A stretch of DNA of 41,535 nucleotides, taken from IMG/VR virus record IMGVR_UViG_3300038675_000183, positions 1 through 41,535 of that record. One strand, given 5' to 3'. Source of the DNA: a virus. Taxonomy: Duplodnaviria > Caudoviricetes. Below the pieces are notes generated by a model. That model was not told where the DNA came from, searched no databases, and was given only the letters and a program-made list of their open reading frames with translations. Shown piece after piece: positions 1 to 7,573 of this stretch. Positions within the stretch are counted from its first letter, which is position 1. Each line of letters starts with the position of its first letter. The position numbers were made by a program, and so were the translations under genes.

Positions 1-114
1 GAGGCCGCTTGTTTGCTGGAATTACCCGAGGCCGCTTGTTTGCTGGAATTACCCGAGGCCGCTTGTGTGCTGTAATCACCAGAGGCCGCTTGTGTGCTGG
101 AATCACCCGAGGCC
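1..114. repeat. 27-bp coding tandem repeat (GAGGCCGCTTGTTTGCTGGAATTACCC), about 4 copies
   Basis: Units at 1-27, 28-54, 55-81, 82-108, partial 109-114; encodes 9-aa repeats on the minus strand. Confidence 0.95.
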
Positions 115-440
115 AATTCACCCTCGTCTTTTTTGGTTTTTGAAAACATAAAGTCAAGCGATGCCTTTATAAATCCGGCAAGCGTTAGTTTTGCTCCGAT
201 TTTAATTTTGGTAGTGCATTTTTTTGTATCTTCATCGTGAGTTTTACAATCAGCTAATGCCTCAACTTCCGCAAATTCGCTATCGCATATATCGTAATAG
301 TTAAGGCAATCGAGCGGGTCTGTGCAGAAGTGGAAACCTGATTCGCATATTTCAGCTTTATCGGTTGTGTATTCCTTTCCGACTTCATACTGAAAACCAC
401 GGCATTTTAAATCCTTGTCAAAACCCTTATAGCCTTTCAT
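1..440 (-). CDS. 5' part of a phage repeat-containing protein (MKGYKGFDKDLKCRGFQYEVGKEY...CESGFHFC..., then 9-aa repeats); continues across the contig junction
   Basis: Manual translation from ATG at 440; common phage N-terminal motif KGF..DL.CRGFQYE.G...C..GFHFC; open frame runs off position 1 in ASG[DN]SS[KT]QA repeats. Confidence 0.85.
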   Translation of the reverse strand, partial: MKGYKGFDKDLKCRGFQYEVGKEYTTDKAEICESGFHFCTDPLDCLNYYDICDSEFAEVEALADCKTHDEDTKKCTTKIKIGAKLTLAGFIKASLDFMFSKTKKDEGELASGDSSTQAASGDYSTQAASGNSSKQAASGNSSKQAA

Positions 441-747
441 TGCCACTTCCTTTCGCATAAATTTTAAAAAGCCTGTCTGACTTATCTCTGCAACTAAAGC
501 CGTAACTTGTTCTGATCAACACACAGTCACCAACTGATTTCTTTTTGAGCGCGTGCATAACGTGGTCGATTTCATTTTGTGTCATTTTTAAATAACTGTA
601 ACGTGCCTCTTGCTCTTTGTGATCTGTAAAAACGATGGTGAATACTGCTCCCAGCACGATAAGAATTGCCAGAAAAACAAGGTCGATAATATCCCGCCCG
701 ATGGTACGGGATTGCGTTAATTTCATACTTGTAGCGTTCATATTCAC
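427..747 (-). CDS. Small membrane protein, hypothetical (start possibly 741)
   Basis: ORF track; one hydrophobic segment LVFLAILIVLGAVFTIVF; GGAGG RBS upstream. Confidence 0.65.
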   Translation of the reverse strand: MNMNATSMKLTQSRTIGRDIIDLVFLAILIVLGAVFTIVFTDHKEQEARYSYLKMTQNEIDHVMHALKKKSVGDCVLIRTSYGFSCRDKSDRLFKIYAKGSGNERL

Positions 748-952
748 CCCTCCTAAAGGTTATTGTCTCCCCGTCCATCGGTACGGGCTTCTGATCTGCT
801 TTCCATTGGGTCGCCAGCCCGTCCCTAAAGTACAAATCACGCTTCGGATTTGTCGGGCCTTGTGATTGCTGGCCTATTAGATGCGAGGGCTTATGCCATC
901 TCTGGTGCCTAGCGATCCGAGCGTTTGCAACCGTGACTCTTCGGGTGTTGCT

Positions 953-1807
953 TTAGATTACCAACCACTCGCTAATCATGGACAAGTGAGATTTCTGTTT
1001 TCCAAAAAACCATTCCTTCGCCGCGTCAGACGCAACCATCCGTTTTAACGGTTTGCCGTCGAAGTGATACTTGATAGCCGTCATACAGTAATTTAGGATT
1101 GTTGCCCGTTCACCACCCGCCGCCGCGCCGCGTGTTTTCCTTCCAAGCATGAACGTCCTAAACGTTAATGCCGGATCGCCGTCACAAAGGTTTGTCCCCT
1201 TGAAATATCGCTGTTTGAAGTCCATCGCCTTATCAAGATCAACCTTTGCGGCGAGGATTATGCCCGTCATAGCTGGCGTGTATGAAAGGCCACGAACGGA
1301 TGACCTGTCAGAGAGTGTAAATTCAATTTCGTCGGAATAGAGGTCAATGATTTTCAATGCGACGCGCGGGCTTAGTTTGACACTACCCTTTAACGAATAG
1401 ACGATCATGTTTGCGATAGCCACTTTATAAGTGGCATCGGTTACGCCGTGCGAGATTGCCAGAACATCCGGTATGGTGCGCGGCTTTCCGCCGTCGATAA
1501 CGTCCTGGGTGAACAGTTTTCCATCCCCGTTGTTTTTGTAGATAGCAGGAAGATTGCGGACAACAAGCATCTTGATTGGAACTCCCGCCTTGACGATTGC
1601 AGACAATCGCTGCTGTCCATCAAGTAAAGTTCCATCCTCTGCAAAACCGATCCCCTGATTGGTAACAGTCCACGCGCCGGACGCCATGTCTCTGGCGTAT
1701 CTGTCAATCGTTTTTTCAAATAGTGGACGGTTTTTTGTGTTGTGTTCCCTTAACCATTTTTCCGCCATTTTCGGTGTAACTGACTCAACAGCATAAGATA
1801 CGTTCAT
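953..1807 (-). CDS. ParB/Srx-like N-terminal domain protein
   Basis: Motif NRPL....I..YARDM..G.W......I.F..DG.LLDGQQRL.AI, typical of phage ParB-like proteins. Confidence 0.75.
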   Translation of the reverse strand: MNVSYAVESVTPKMAEKWLREHNTKNRPLFEKTIDRYARDMASGAWTVTNQGIGFAEDGTLLDGQQRLSAIVKAGVPIKMLVVRNLPAIYKNNGDGKLFTQDVIDGGKPRTIPDVLAISHGVTDATYKVAIANMIVYSLKGSVKLSPRVALKIIDLYSDEIEFTLSDRSSVRGLSYTPAMTGIILAAKVDLDKAMDFKQRYFKGTNLCDGDPALTFRTFMLGRKTRGAAAGGERATILNYCMTAIKYHFDGKPLKRMVASDAAKEWFFGKQKSHLSMISEWLVI

Positions 1808-2362
1808 TTATAGACCCTCCTCTTTTGTCCATTCGATAAAAACACGCCTGTCTTTTTTCGTCGTCTTCTTCCACCATCGCTTAAGGTGAAAAAGGGCGTC
1901 CGAGTCTTCATTGTGCTTTGGTATGGTCGGTTTTGGTTCTGGTTGTTCTGGCTTCGGTTGTTCGCCGGTTATCTCTTTGACTACCTTTGAAACATGGGCG
2001 GCTGTGACTTTCCCCTCTGGTGCGGTTTCGACGGCTTTCTGCCATGCTTCACGTTGCTGTGCGGGTTCGAGTTTTGATAGTGGGCGGGTCTGTGATTCGG
2101 TAACAGGCTTAATTGGACAATTGTCCAATTCGTTGATTACGGATGCAGAATCCATCAATTTATAAGCATACCACTTTCCAAAATCCCATCGGTCTTTGCA
2201 GTACGCCTCAAAGGTGTCATATCCGAGAACGTCCCTGTAAAGCCCCTTGTCTCTGATTTCCATCAACGCTCTGCCTACTTCATAGAACGCGCCGATGTTT
2301 CTCTGGATGACACCCTCAAGCTGTTCCAGTTCCGTCGTGTTTCTTGCTATTGCGTTTTCCAT
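1808..2362 (-). CDS. Putative DNA-binding protein (DUF3102-like helical/HTH region)
   Basis: Motif VG.AL.EIRD..LYR...GY.TFE.YC..RW; likely start ATG 2362 with GAGGTG RBS (ORF track extends to 2428 over the promoter). Confidence 0.7.
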   Translation of the reverse strand: MENAIARNTTELEQLEGVIQRNIGAFYEVGRALMEIRDKGLYRDVLGYDTFEAYCKDRWDFGKWYAYKLMDSASVINELDNCPIKPVTESQTRPLSKLEPAQQREAWQKAVETAPEGKVTAAHVSKVVKEITGEQPKPEQPEPKPTIPKHNEDSDALFHLKRWWKKTTKKDRRVFIEWTKEEGL

Positions 2363-2386
2363 GAGCACCTCTCTAAATTTTGCGAT

Positions 2387-2415
2387 ATCATAATCCCGTT
2401 CCAGTAAATAGTCAA
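2387..2415 (-). promoter_or_regulatory. Leftward sigma70-type promoter
   Basis: Minus strand TTGACT (2415-2410), 17 nt, TATGAT (2392-2387). Confidence 0.7.
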
Positions 2416-2445
2416 GAATTATTTTCATTTAATTTTATTCTTGAC
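2411..2445. promoter_or_regulatory. Inverted repeat (putative operator) covering both -35 boxes
   Basis: GTCAAGAAT (2411-2419), 17 nt, ATTCTTGAC (2437-2445). Confidence 0.5.
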
Positions 2446-2469
2446 ATTCTAGGGTAATCAACATATAAT
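2441..2469 (+). promoter_or_regulatory. Rightward consensus sigma70 promoter
   Basis: TTGACA (2441-2446), 17 nt, TATAAT (2464-2469). Confidence 0.85.
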
Positions 2470-2476
2470 CTCAACC

Positions 2477-2680
2477 ATGATTACTGTAGATTTAACACAA
2501 ATTGAAGCGAAGCGCAAAGAAATGGGAATTAAAAGGGCGGTGCTGGCTCGTCAATCAGGAGTTCAACCAGATACCCTTTTCCACTTCATGCGGTCAACTA
2601 AAAAACTCAAGCAACAGCTAAACCTAATAGACAGATTATGCCGAAACGTGGGGCTTGATTGGAAACAGATAATAAGATAA
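2477..2680 (+). CDS. Cro/XRE-like helix-turn-helix regulator
   Basis: 67 aa; KRKEMGIKRAVLARQSGVQPDTL...LIDRLCRNVGL pattern; first gene of the rightward operon. Confidence 0.7.
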   Translation: MITVDLTQIEAKRKEMGIKRAVLARQSGVQPDTLFHFMRSTKKLKQQLNLIDRLCRNVGLDWKQIIR

Positions 2681-3002
2681 TCCTTTTGCAAAAGCATTTC
2701 TGAAATTGGTTCCTAATCACGACTGTTCTGACATTGGCCAGAAAGTGACAATGGGTCTTATCACTGGATCGTATCTCAAGACTTACGCACCGGACTTTAC
2801 AGGCTACGGCGAAATCAAGGGGTATTCGGCAACCACTCTAGGGGCAACGAGGGCAAGGTATATCCCTGCTGAGCGCATCCTGACAGTAGAGAACAGGGCT
2901 GACAACGTAGGGCAGAAGGGGAATCAGTAAACAACTTTACCGTTTTTCAATTATTGAACCTGTCAACAAGTGGTCAACATGAAAATACCTCATAGGGACT
3001 AA

Positions 3003-3188
3003 ATGAAAAGTAAGCCATTATTTAAACCAGAAATGCAGATATATTGCGTACATTGCGGACTAGAACAATGGGCACCGGCAGTCTGGAATATATCACACGG
3101 CAAAGAAACCTGCGCTTGGTGTGGAAAAATGTCAAAAGAAATGACCACCGAAGAATACAGGAAAGCCATTAAGAAGTTTAGGGGATGA
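3003..3188 (+). CDS. Small zinc-finger protein
   Basis: CVHC...CAWC pairs, 61 aa. Confidence 0.6.
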   Translation: MKSKPLFKPEMQIYCVHCGLEQWAPAVWNISHGKETCAWCGKMSKEMTTEEYRKAIKKFRG

Positions 3189-3325
3189 AAATGAAGGGCT
3201 TCGTCGTCGGCACATTACTTTTCTTGACCCTGCCTTTGTGGGTTGTCATCGCAATCGTCGGGGCCGGACTTTTAGTTGTGTGGGAAATCGGGCAAATACT
3301 CGCAGAAGGGATTAACGGAAAATGA
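3185..3325 (+). CDS. Small membrane protein (46 aa, not in ORF track)
   Basis: Manual translation MKMKGFVVGTLLFLTLPLWVVIAIVGAGLLVVWEIG...; ATGA overlaps with both neighbours. Confidence 0.55.
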   Translation: MKMKGFVVGTLLFLTLPLWVVIAIVGAGLLVVWEIGQILAEGINGK

Positions 3326-3513
3326 CAGACAGATACAAAATTAAATTTGAAAGTCTTACTTTAAGACAATCGGCAAAGTGGCTGTTAATCCACGAGAAAC
3401 GCAGACATCAGCAGGACATTGCCGCAATTAACAGGGATCTGAAAAAACTTGAGGACGTAGAACTACCGGAAGAGTTGAAGTCATTGGCCGGAACAGCGAG
3501 GTTTGAGGTATGA
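3322..3513 (+). CDS. Hypothetical protein
   Basis: ORF track; translationally coupled to upstream ORF. Confidence 0.55.
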   Translation: MTDRYKIKFESLTLRQSAKWLLIHEKRRHQQDIAAINRDLKKLEDVELPEELKSLAGTARFEV

Positions 3514-3619
3514 CCAATCTTAAACGAGCGTTTTTAATAGCGTTTTTAACTGTATCAGCGTGGATAGTGGCGTTTCTGGCGATTTACGGGGCAATGAGGA
3601 TAGTGGAGAGGATTTTCGG

Positions 3620-4063
3620 ATGAAAGCCAAAATGAAGCTTGTCACAAAAAATAAGAAACCGAAACGAAAAGTTAGTAAGAAGCGCAAGCTAGAACAGAAA
3701 TGCCTTAAATTGTGGTCAGATTGCGTCAGGGCGAGAGATATGGTTTGTAAGCAATGCAATAGTGATTATAAATTATCTGCTCACCACATCCGTTCTCGCA
3801 CGAATTTAAGCACAAGATACCTTTTGGCTAATGGAATTTGCCTGTGTTGGAAATGCCATTCACTTCAAAAATGGAATCCTGAGAAGTTCCAGGACATGAT
3901 TTTGGAAATCATCGGTGATGAAAAATATCAGGAGTTAAAGCGCAAATCGCTGATAGAGATCACCAAGCACACGGAATACGACTTGGAAATAATTCAAGAA
4001 TACCTTGAGGGGAAGTTGAAAGACTACAAGGCTGGAATAGATTTTAACGATTTACCTTTTTAA
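3620..4063 (+). CDS. NinG/Rap-like recombination endonuclease (HNH-type zinc-binding)
   Basis: LWSDCVRARD..CKQC...AHHIRSR...TRY...NGICLC..CH; likely start ATG 3620 (track gives 3560). Confidence 0.75.
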   Translation: MKAKMKLVTKNKKPKRKVSKKRKLEQKCLKLWSDCVRARDMVCKQCNSDYKLSAHHIRSRTNLSTRYLLANGICLCWKCHSLQKWNPEKFQDMILEIIGDEKYQELKRKSLIEITKHTEYDLEIIQEYLEGKLKDYKAGIDFNDLPF

Positions 4064-4115
4064 AGTGGCTAGGGTAGCACCCGAAAAGGCCGAACGTCAC
4101 CGGCCCTGCCGCTTT
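4062..4115 (+). ncRNA. c4-like antisense RNA (three-way junction)
   Basis: Outer stem AAAGTGGC/GCCGCTTT, hairpin GGGT-AGC-ACCC, GAAAA linker, hairpin GGCCG-AACGTCAC-CGGCC; loop is complementary to GTGAC sites at 4122 and 4143. Confidence 0.6.
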
Positions 4116-4142
4116 TAACTTGTGACAACGCTCTAGGGAAGC

Positions 4143-4835
4143 GTGACGGAGAGCGAACAAATGCAACGTGGTTACATAAAAGTTTGGCGTAAAACTATTG
4201 ATTCGGGGTGGTTACAGAATCATAAACTGTGTGCGTTTTGGCTATGGTGTCTTTTGAAAGCAAGTCATAAAGAATACGATTTGATAGTTGGTTGTCAGAA
4301 AGTTCATCTTATGCCGGGGGATTTTGTGTTTGGATTAAACAAGGCATCGGAAGAGTTAGCAATGTCAATCCGTTCAATTCGTACTATTTTGGCATTTTTA
4401 AAAACAAGCCAAAATCTGACAATCAAAACGACAAACAAATTTTCGGTTATTTCTATTGTTAATTGGGATATTTACCAACAAACAGAAACAACAAACGACA
4501 ACCAAAACGACAAACCACCGACAAGCTACCGACAAGCTACCGACAACAAACAAACACATAAACACAAAAGCACAAAAGAATATACGTCAGATTTTTTACA
4601 ATTCTATGACGCATATCCAAAACACATAGGAAGAGAGCCAGCATGGAAAGCATGGCAGAAACTAAATGGAAGCCGTCCCAACCTGTCAACCCTTATTACA
4701 AAGATCAACGAAATGAAAAAGTCAGAGGATTGGACAAAAGACAATGGGAAGTTTATCCCGCATCCAGCGACATGGCTAAATCAAAAACGATGGGAAGATG
4801 AGGGTGTGAGGTTAGAGGTAAAGCCATCATGGTAG
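4143..4835 (+). CDS. Phage replication initiator (replisome-organizer type)
   Basis: N-terminal GYIKVWRK; C-terminal F..FY.AYPK......AWKAWQKL...KDNGKFIPHPATWLNQKRWEDE; internal iterons; start may be ATG 4161. Confidence 0.85.
   Translation: MTESEQMQRGYIKVWRKTIDSGWLQNHKLCAFWLWCLLKASHKEYDLIVGCQKVHLMPGDFVFGLNKASEELAMSIRSIRTILAFLKTSQNLTIKTTNKFSVISIVNWDIYQQTETTNDNQNDKPPTSYRQATDNKQTHKHKSTKEYTSDFLQFYDAYPKHIGREPAWKAWQKLNGSRPNLSTLITKINEMKKSEDWTKDNGKFIPHPATWLNQKRWEDEGVRLEVKPSW
4494..4549 (+). repeat. Iteron-like ~11-bp repeats (putative replication origin)
   Basis: AACGACAACCA, AACGACAAACC, ACCGACAAGCT x2, ACCGACAACAA inside the initiator gene, followed by an A-rich stretch. Confidence 0.7.
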
Positions 4836-5077
4836 ACCCTTATTACTGGAAGCTGAAGATTGGTGATGAACACGAAACAATAAACCGTTACGCCCGGATG
4901 ATAGGGACATGGAAACAGATGATCGAACGCGAAATAGATGATAAAAACAGACAATATTTTGAGTATTTTCAACGTGTTGACGAAATAGAAATGGAGAAAT
5001 CTTATGAAAGACTTGAGAAATACCGCTCCGAACTTACAGATTATGAACTGCGACAACGAGAGCTTCAGCCAGTATGA
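4829..5077 (+). CDS. Hypothetical protein (possibly helicase N-terminal part or loader)
   Basis: ORF track; overlaps the initiator stop and the helicase start. Confidence 0.5.
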   Translation: MVDPYYWKLKIGDEHETINRYARMIGTWKQMIEREIDDKNRQYFEYFQRVDEIEMEKSYERLEKYRSELTDYELRQRELQPV

Positions 5078-5822
5078 AGGGGAAGATCGGGTTGTCACCT
5101 CGTTTGAGCTTAACGACAAGTTGCAGGGCGACAAACGGGAACCTCATGTCAACGTGAAATCGGGAATACCGGGAATCGATTACGCCTGTGAGGGGTTTCG
5201 GGATGGTGAACTTATTATAATCTCCGGCCCGACGAAAATGGGCAAGACTTTGTTAGCTCAAACCTTTACAGCTAATTTCACCAAGCAGAAGGAATACGCT
5301 TGCTGGTTTTCATACGAAGTCCCGGCAAGGCAGTTTCTTGAACAATTCCCGATATTACCGCTATTCTATCTTCCAAGCAAGAACACGGCACAAGATTTTA
5401 AATGGTTCATGGAAAAGTGCATGGAGGCGTTTTTCAAATATAACTGCCGGATTTTCTTTATAGATCACCTTCATTTCCTTGTGGATATGGCAAGGGTAAA
5501 CAACCCAAGTTTAGAGATCGGCGCAATCGTCAGGAGAATAAAGAGATTTGCCGTCGAGAATGACTTTATAATATTCCTTCTGGCCCACATCAAAAAGAAT
5601 GAGGGTGAAGATTTAAGTTACCGTGATTTAAGGGATTCGTCGTTTATCGCACAGGACTCTGACACCGTGATCATGATTAAGCGAACGCCAAAGTTGGGAA
5701 TGAACACTGCAAGGGCAAGGGTTGAATTTCACCGGCGGACCGGTATCATGGAATGGGTTGTTAATTTAGAGAAACAACACGGTTATCTTAGGGAAATCAT
5801 AACGGAAGATGAAAATGAATAA
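5004..5822 (+). CDS. DnaB-like (SF4) replicative helicase, ATPase domain
   Basis: Walker A GPTKMGKT; FSYE; FFIDHLH; LLAH; DLRDSSFIAQDSDTVIMIKR. Confidence 0.85.
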   Translation: MKDLRNTAPNLQIMNCDNESFSQYEGEDRVVTSFELNDKLQGDKREPHVNVKSGIPGIDYACEGFRDGELIIISGPTKMGKTLLAQTFTANFTKQKEYACWFSYEVPARQFLEQFPILPLFYLPSKNTAQDFKWFMEKCMEAFFKYNCRIFFIDHLHFLVDMARVNNPSLEIGAIVRRIKRFAVENDFIIFLLAHIKKNEGEDLSYRDLRDSSFIAQDSDTVIMIKRTPKLGMNTARARVEFHRRTGIMEWVVNLEKQHGYLREIITEDENE

Positions 5823-5973
5823 CGAAGAAATAATGAATGTGTATTTTATAAAAGCCGGAGAACACGTCAAGATTGGCATTGCGAAAAACATTAAAAGCCG
5901 CATATCCGCATTACAGACGGGGCAGGCCGTAAAAATAGAACTTTGCGGAGCAATCCAGAGTATAGACAAGTAA
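5815..5973 (+). pseudogene. Truncated GIY-YIG/T5orf172-like nuclease fragment
   Basis: Manual translation MNNEEIMNVYFIKAGEHVKIGIAKNIKSRISALQTG...; stops at 52 aa before the usual E..LH...GEWF half. Confidence 0.6.
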
Positions 5974-5980
5974 AATACCC

Positions 5981-6253
5981 ATGGGCACAAATGAAAGAAG
6001 TTCGGGATCGCTAATAAAAGGGGGAGGTTTGATGAAAGAAGGACTGATAACCATGGAAGAGTTCCGCGGCATTGATGCAAAACCTGATCTTGAGAAAATG
6101 AGAGAGTCAGTGTCTCGTTTCCGGGAATTTTCGGATATTATCAAGGAAGACAATAAAATCCGGGCAGGTATAATAAAAGCCAAATATGATGCGTTAATTT
6201 CCGAAGGATTCACACCGGCGCAGGCGCTTGAATTATGTAAGGTTCCGTACTGA
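5981..6253 (+). CDS. Hypothetical protein (start probably 6032)
   Basis: ORF track; GGAGG RBS before MKEGL; C-terminal KYDALISEGFTPAQALELC. Confidence 0.65.
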   Translation: MGTNERSSGSLIKGGGLMKEGLITMEEFRGIDAKPDLEKMRESVSRFREFSDIIKEDNKIRAGIIKAKYDALISEGFTPAQALELCKVPY

Positions 6254-6309
6254 TAAACAGAGCCTTTTAAAGGCGCGTAATAGTTGCATATTAAGAAAGG
6301 AGCAACATC

Positions 6310-6444
6310 ATGAATAGCATAGGCATATTATTCGCGTTCTTATTAATGTTCGCAGTATTTGTGGCCCTCATACGTTGGGCATTGAGAGTCAACGACATAG
6401 TGCAAAGGCTGGATAAGATTGTGGAGATACTCAATGCAAAGTGA
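6310..6444 (+). CDS. Small membrane protein (44 aa, not in ORF track)
   Basis: AAGGAG RBS; MNSIGILFAFLLMFAVFVALIRWALRVNDIVQRLDKIVEILNAK. Confidence 0.6.
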   Translation: MNSIGILFAFLLMFAVFVALIRWALRVNDIVQRLDKIVEILNAK

Positions 6445-6757
6445 AACAGGTCAGGTCAAACGCTGGTATGATTCAGTACGATGGCGCAAAGCAAGGGCGA
6501 TGTTCCTGAGATACAATCCCTTGTGCGTCATGTGTGAAAAGCGTGGGATGACTGTTATAGGTACGGTTGTTGATCACAAAATTCCACATAGAGGCAATGA
6601 AGTTCTCTTTTGGGATCAGGGTAACTGGCAGACTTTATGTGCCTCATGTCATTCAGGTGTGAAGCGTATGCAGGAGAATCACGGTTATAGTCAATCGTGT
6701 GGTGTTGACGGACAACCGATAGACGTTGGGCATCCGTGGAATAAAGAAAGGAAATGA
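6434..6757 (+). CDS. Packaging-associated HNH endonuclease (HK97 gp74-like)
   Basis: Y...RWRKAR..FL..NPLCVMC...VVDHKIPHRG...LFWD..NWQTLC..CH. Confidence 0.9.
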   Translation: MQSETGQVKRWYDSVRWRKARAMFLRYNPLCVMCEKRGMTVIGTVVDHKIPHRGNEVLFWDQGNWQTLCASCHSGVKRMQENHGYSQSCGVDGQPIDVGHPWNKERK

Positions 6758-6945
6758 TTATGCATTATGAGTATGAGTGGATTGTAACAGTCGAGGTAAT
6801 AGCCGAAACAGAATCAGAAAGTAAAAAGAAGTTGGCTGCATTTAAAAGTAAACTGTTTGAGCAGTATGCAGAAACAGATGACATTTGGTTGACGGGGATC
6901 AAGAGGAGGGGGCGGTCAAATCTCCACAACTCTTTGACCGATTAA
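6754..6945 (+). CDS. Hypothetical protein
   Basis: ORF track; ATGA overlap with HNH. Confidence 0.5.
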   Translation: MIMHYEYEWIVTVEVIAETESESKKKLAAFKSKLFEQYAETDDIWLTGIKRRGRSNLHNSLTD

Positions 6946-6995
6946 CCGGCTGGTTCCTCGCGATTTAGATTCCGCAATATTACAAGAGGGGGGTA
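6905..6995 (+). other. Putative cos/packaging-site region
   Basis: GGGGGCGGTCAAATCTC...ACCGGC...GAGGGGGGTA downstream of the HNH gene, like cos-flanking sequence of HNH/P27-TerS phages; inverted repeat CGGTCAAA (6913-6920)/TTTGACCG (6933-6940). Confidence 0.45.
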
Positions 6996-7015
6996 AACCG
7001 CAAAATGGAGGTTTC

Positions 7016-7573
7016 ATGGTAAAGGTTGAAATAAAAACGGTGAAGATGGGGGAAATTAAGTTAAATCCTGATAATCCACGGACGATTAGCAAGAAAGACA
7101 TGGATTTATTGGTGAAATCTTTGAAGGATTTCCCTGAAATGCTGGAACTGCGGGAGATTGTTGTTGATGAGGGGATGATGATACTTGGCGGGAATATGCG
7201 CTACCTTGCGTTGCAGAAGGCAGGGGTGAAGGAGGCCACGGCAAAGGTCGTGACCGGTCTCACGCCGGCGCAGAAACGGGAGTTTATTGTTAAAGATAAC
7301 GCTTCGTTTGGTGATTGGAACATGGAAGACCTGGCGAACTCATGGGCGGACCTGCCTTTGGCTGATTGGGGCGTGAAGTTGCCGGATGATTGGATGAAGG
7401 CAGATGAACCGCCGGAAGAAAAACCAGAAAGCGTTGTCCCTGAAAAAGACCCAAATATTTTAGTACGGGTTTCTTTTCATCCTGGTATTTGGCTTGGGAA
7501 GCGCGAAGAAATTATAACGATATTGGAAAAACTAAAAAAGACATATGGTTGTGACGTGAGGATCGAAGAGTGA
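7016..7573 (+). CDS. ParB-like nuclease domain protein
   Basis: NPDNPR.I......L..SL..F....REIVVDE...ILGGNMRY.AL...G....IVKDN..FGDW. Confidence 0.85.
   Translation: MVKVEIKTVKMGEIKLNPDNPRTISKKDMDLLVKSLKDFPEMLELREIVVDEGMMILGGNMRYLALQKAGVKEATAKVVTGLTPAQKREFIVKDNASFGDWNMEDLANSWADLPLADWGVKLPDDWMKADEPPEEKPESVVPEKDPNILVRVSFHPGIWLGKREEIITILEKLKKTYGCDVRIEE

Noticed and set aside
1-114. 27-bp repeats at both ends as a CRISPR array or true terminal repeats
   Set aside because: Units are directly adjacent with no spacers, have a length divisible by 3 and encode 9-aa repeats in one gene. The 45-nt end identity is best explained as assembly overlap.
2706-2930. 74-aa ORF or ncRNA downstream of the HTH gene
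   Set aside because: TTG start without an RBS, no motif, and no convincing structure identified by eye; left unannotated.
6682-6690. Self-targeting by TIGR spacers (CTATAACCG reverse complement at 6682; TGGAATTGC at ~10217; CTTGAGCAT at ~12730 and ~23779)
   Set aside because: Only single 9-mers match and the partner spacer does not match adjacently. About 0.3 chance hits per 9-mer are expected in 83 kb of both strands. The search was by eye, not exhaustive.
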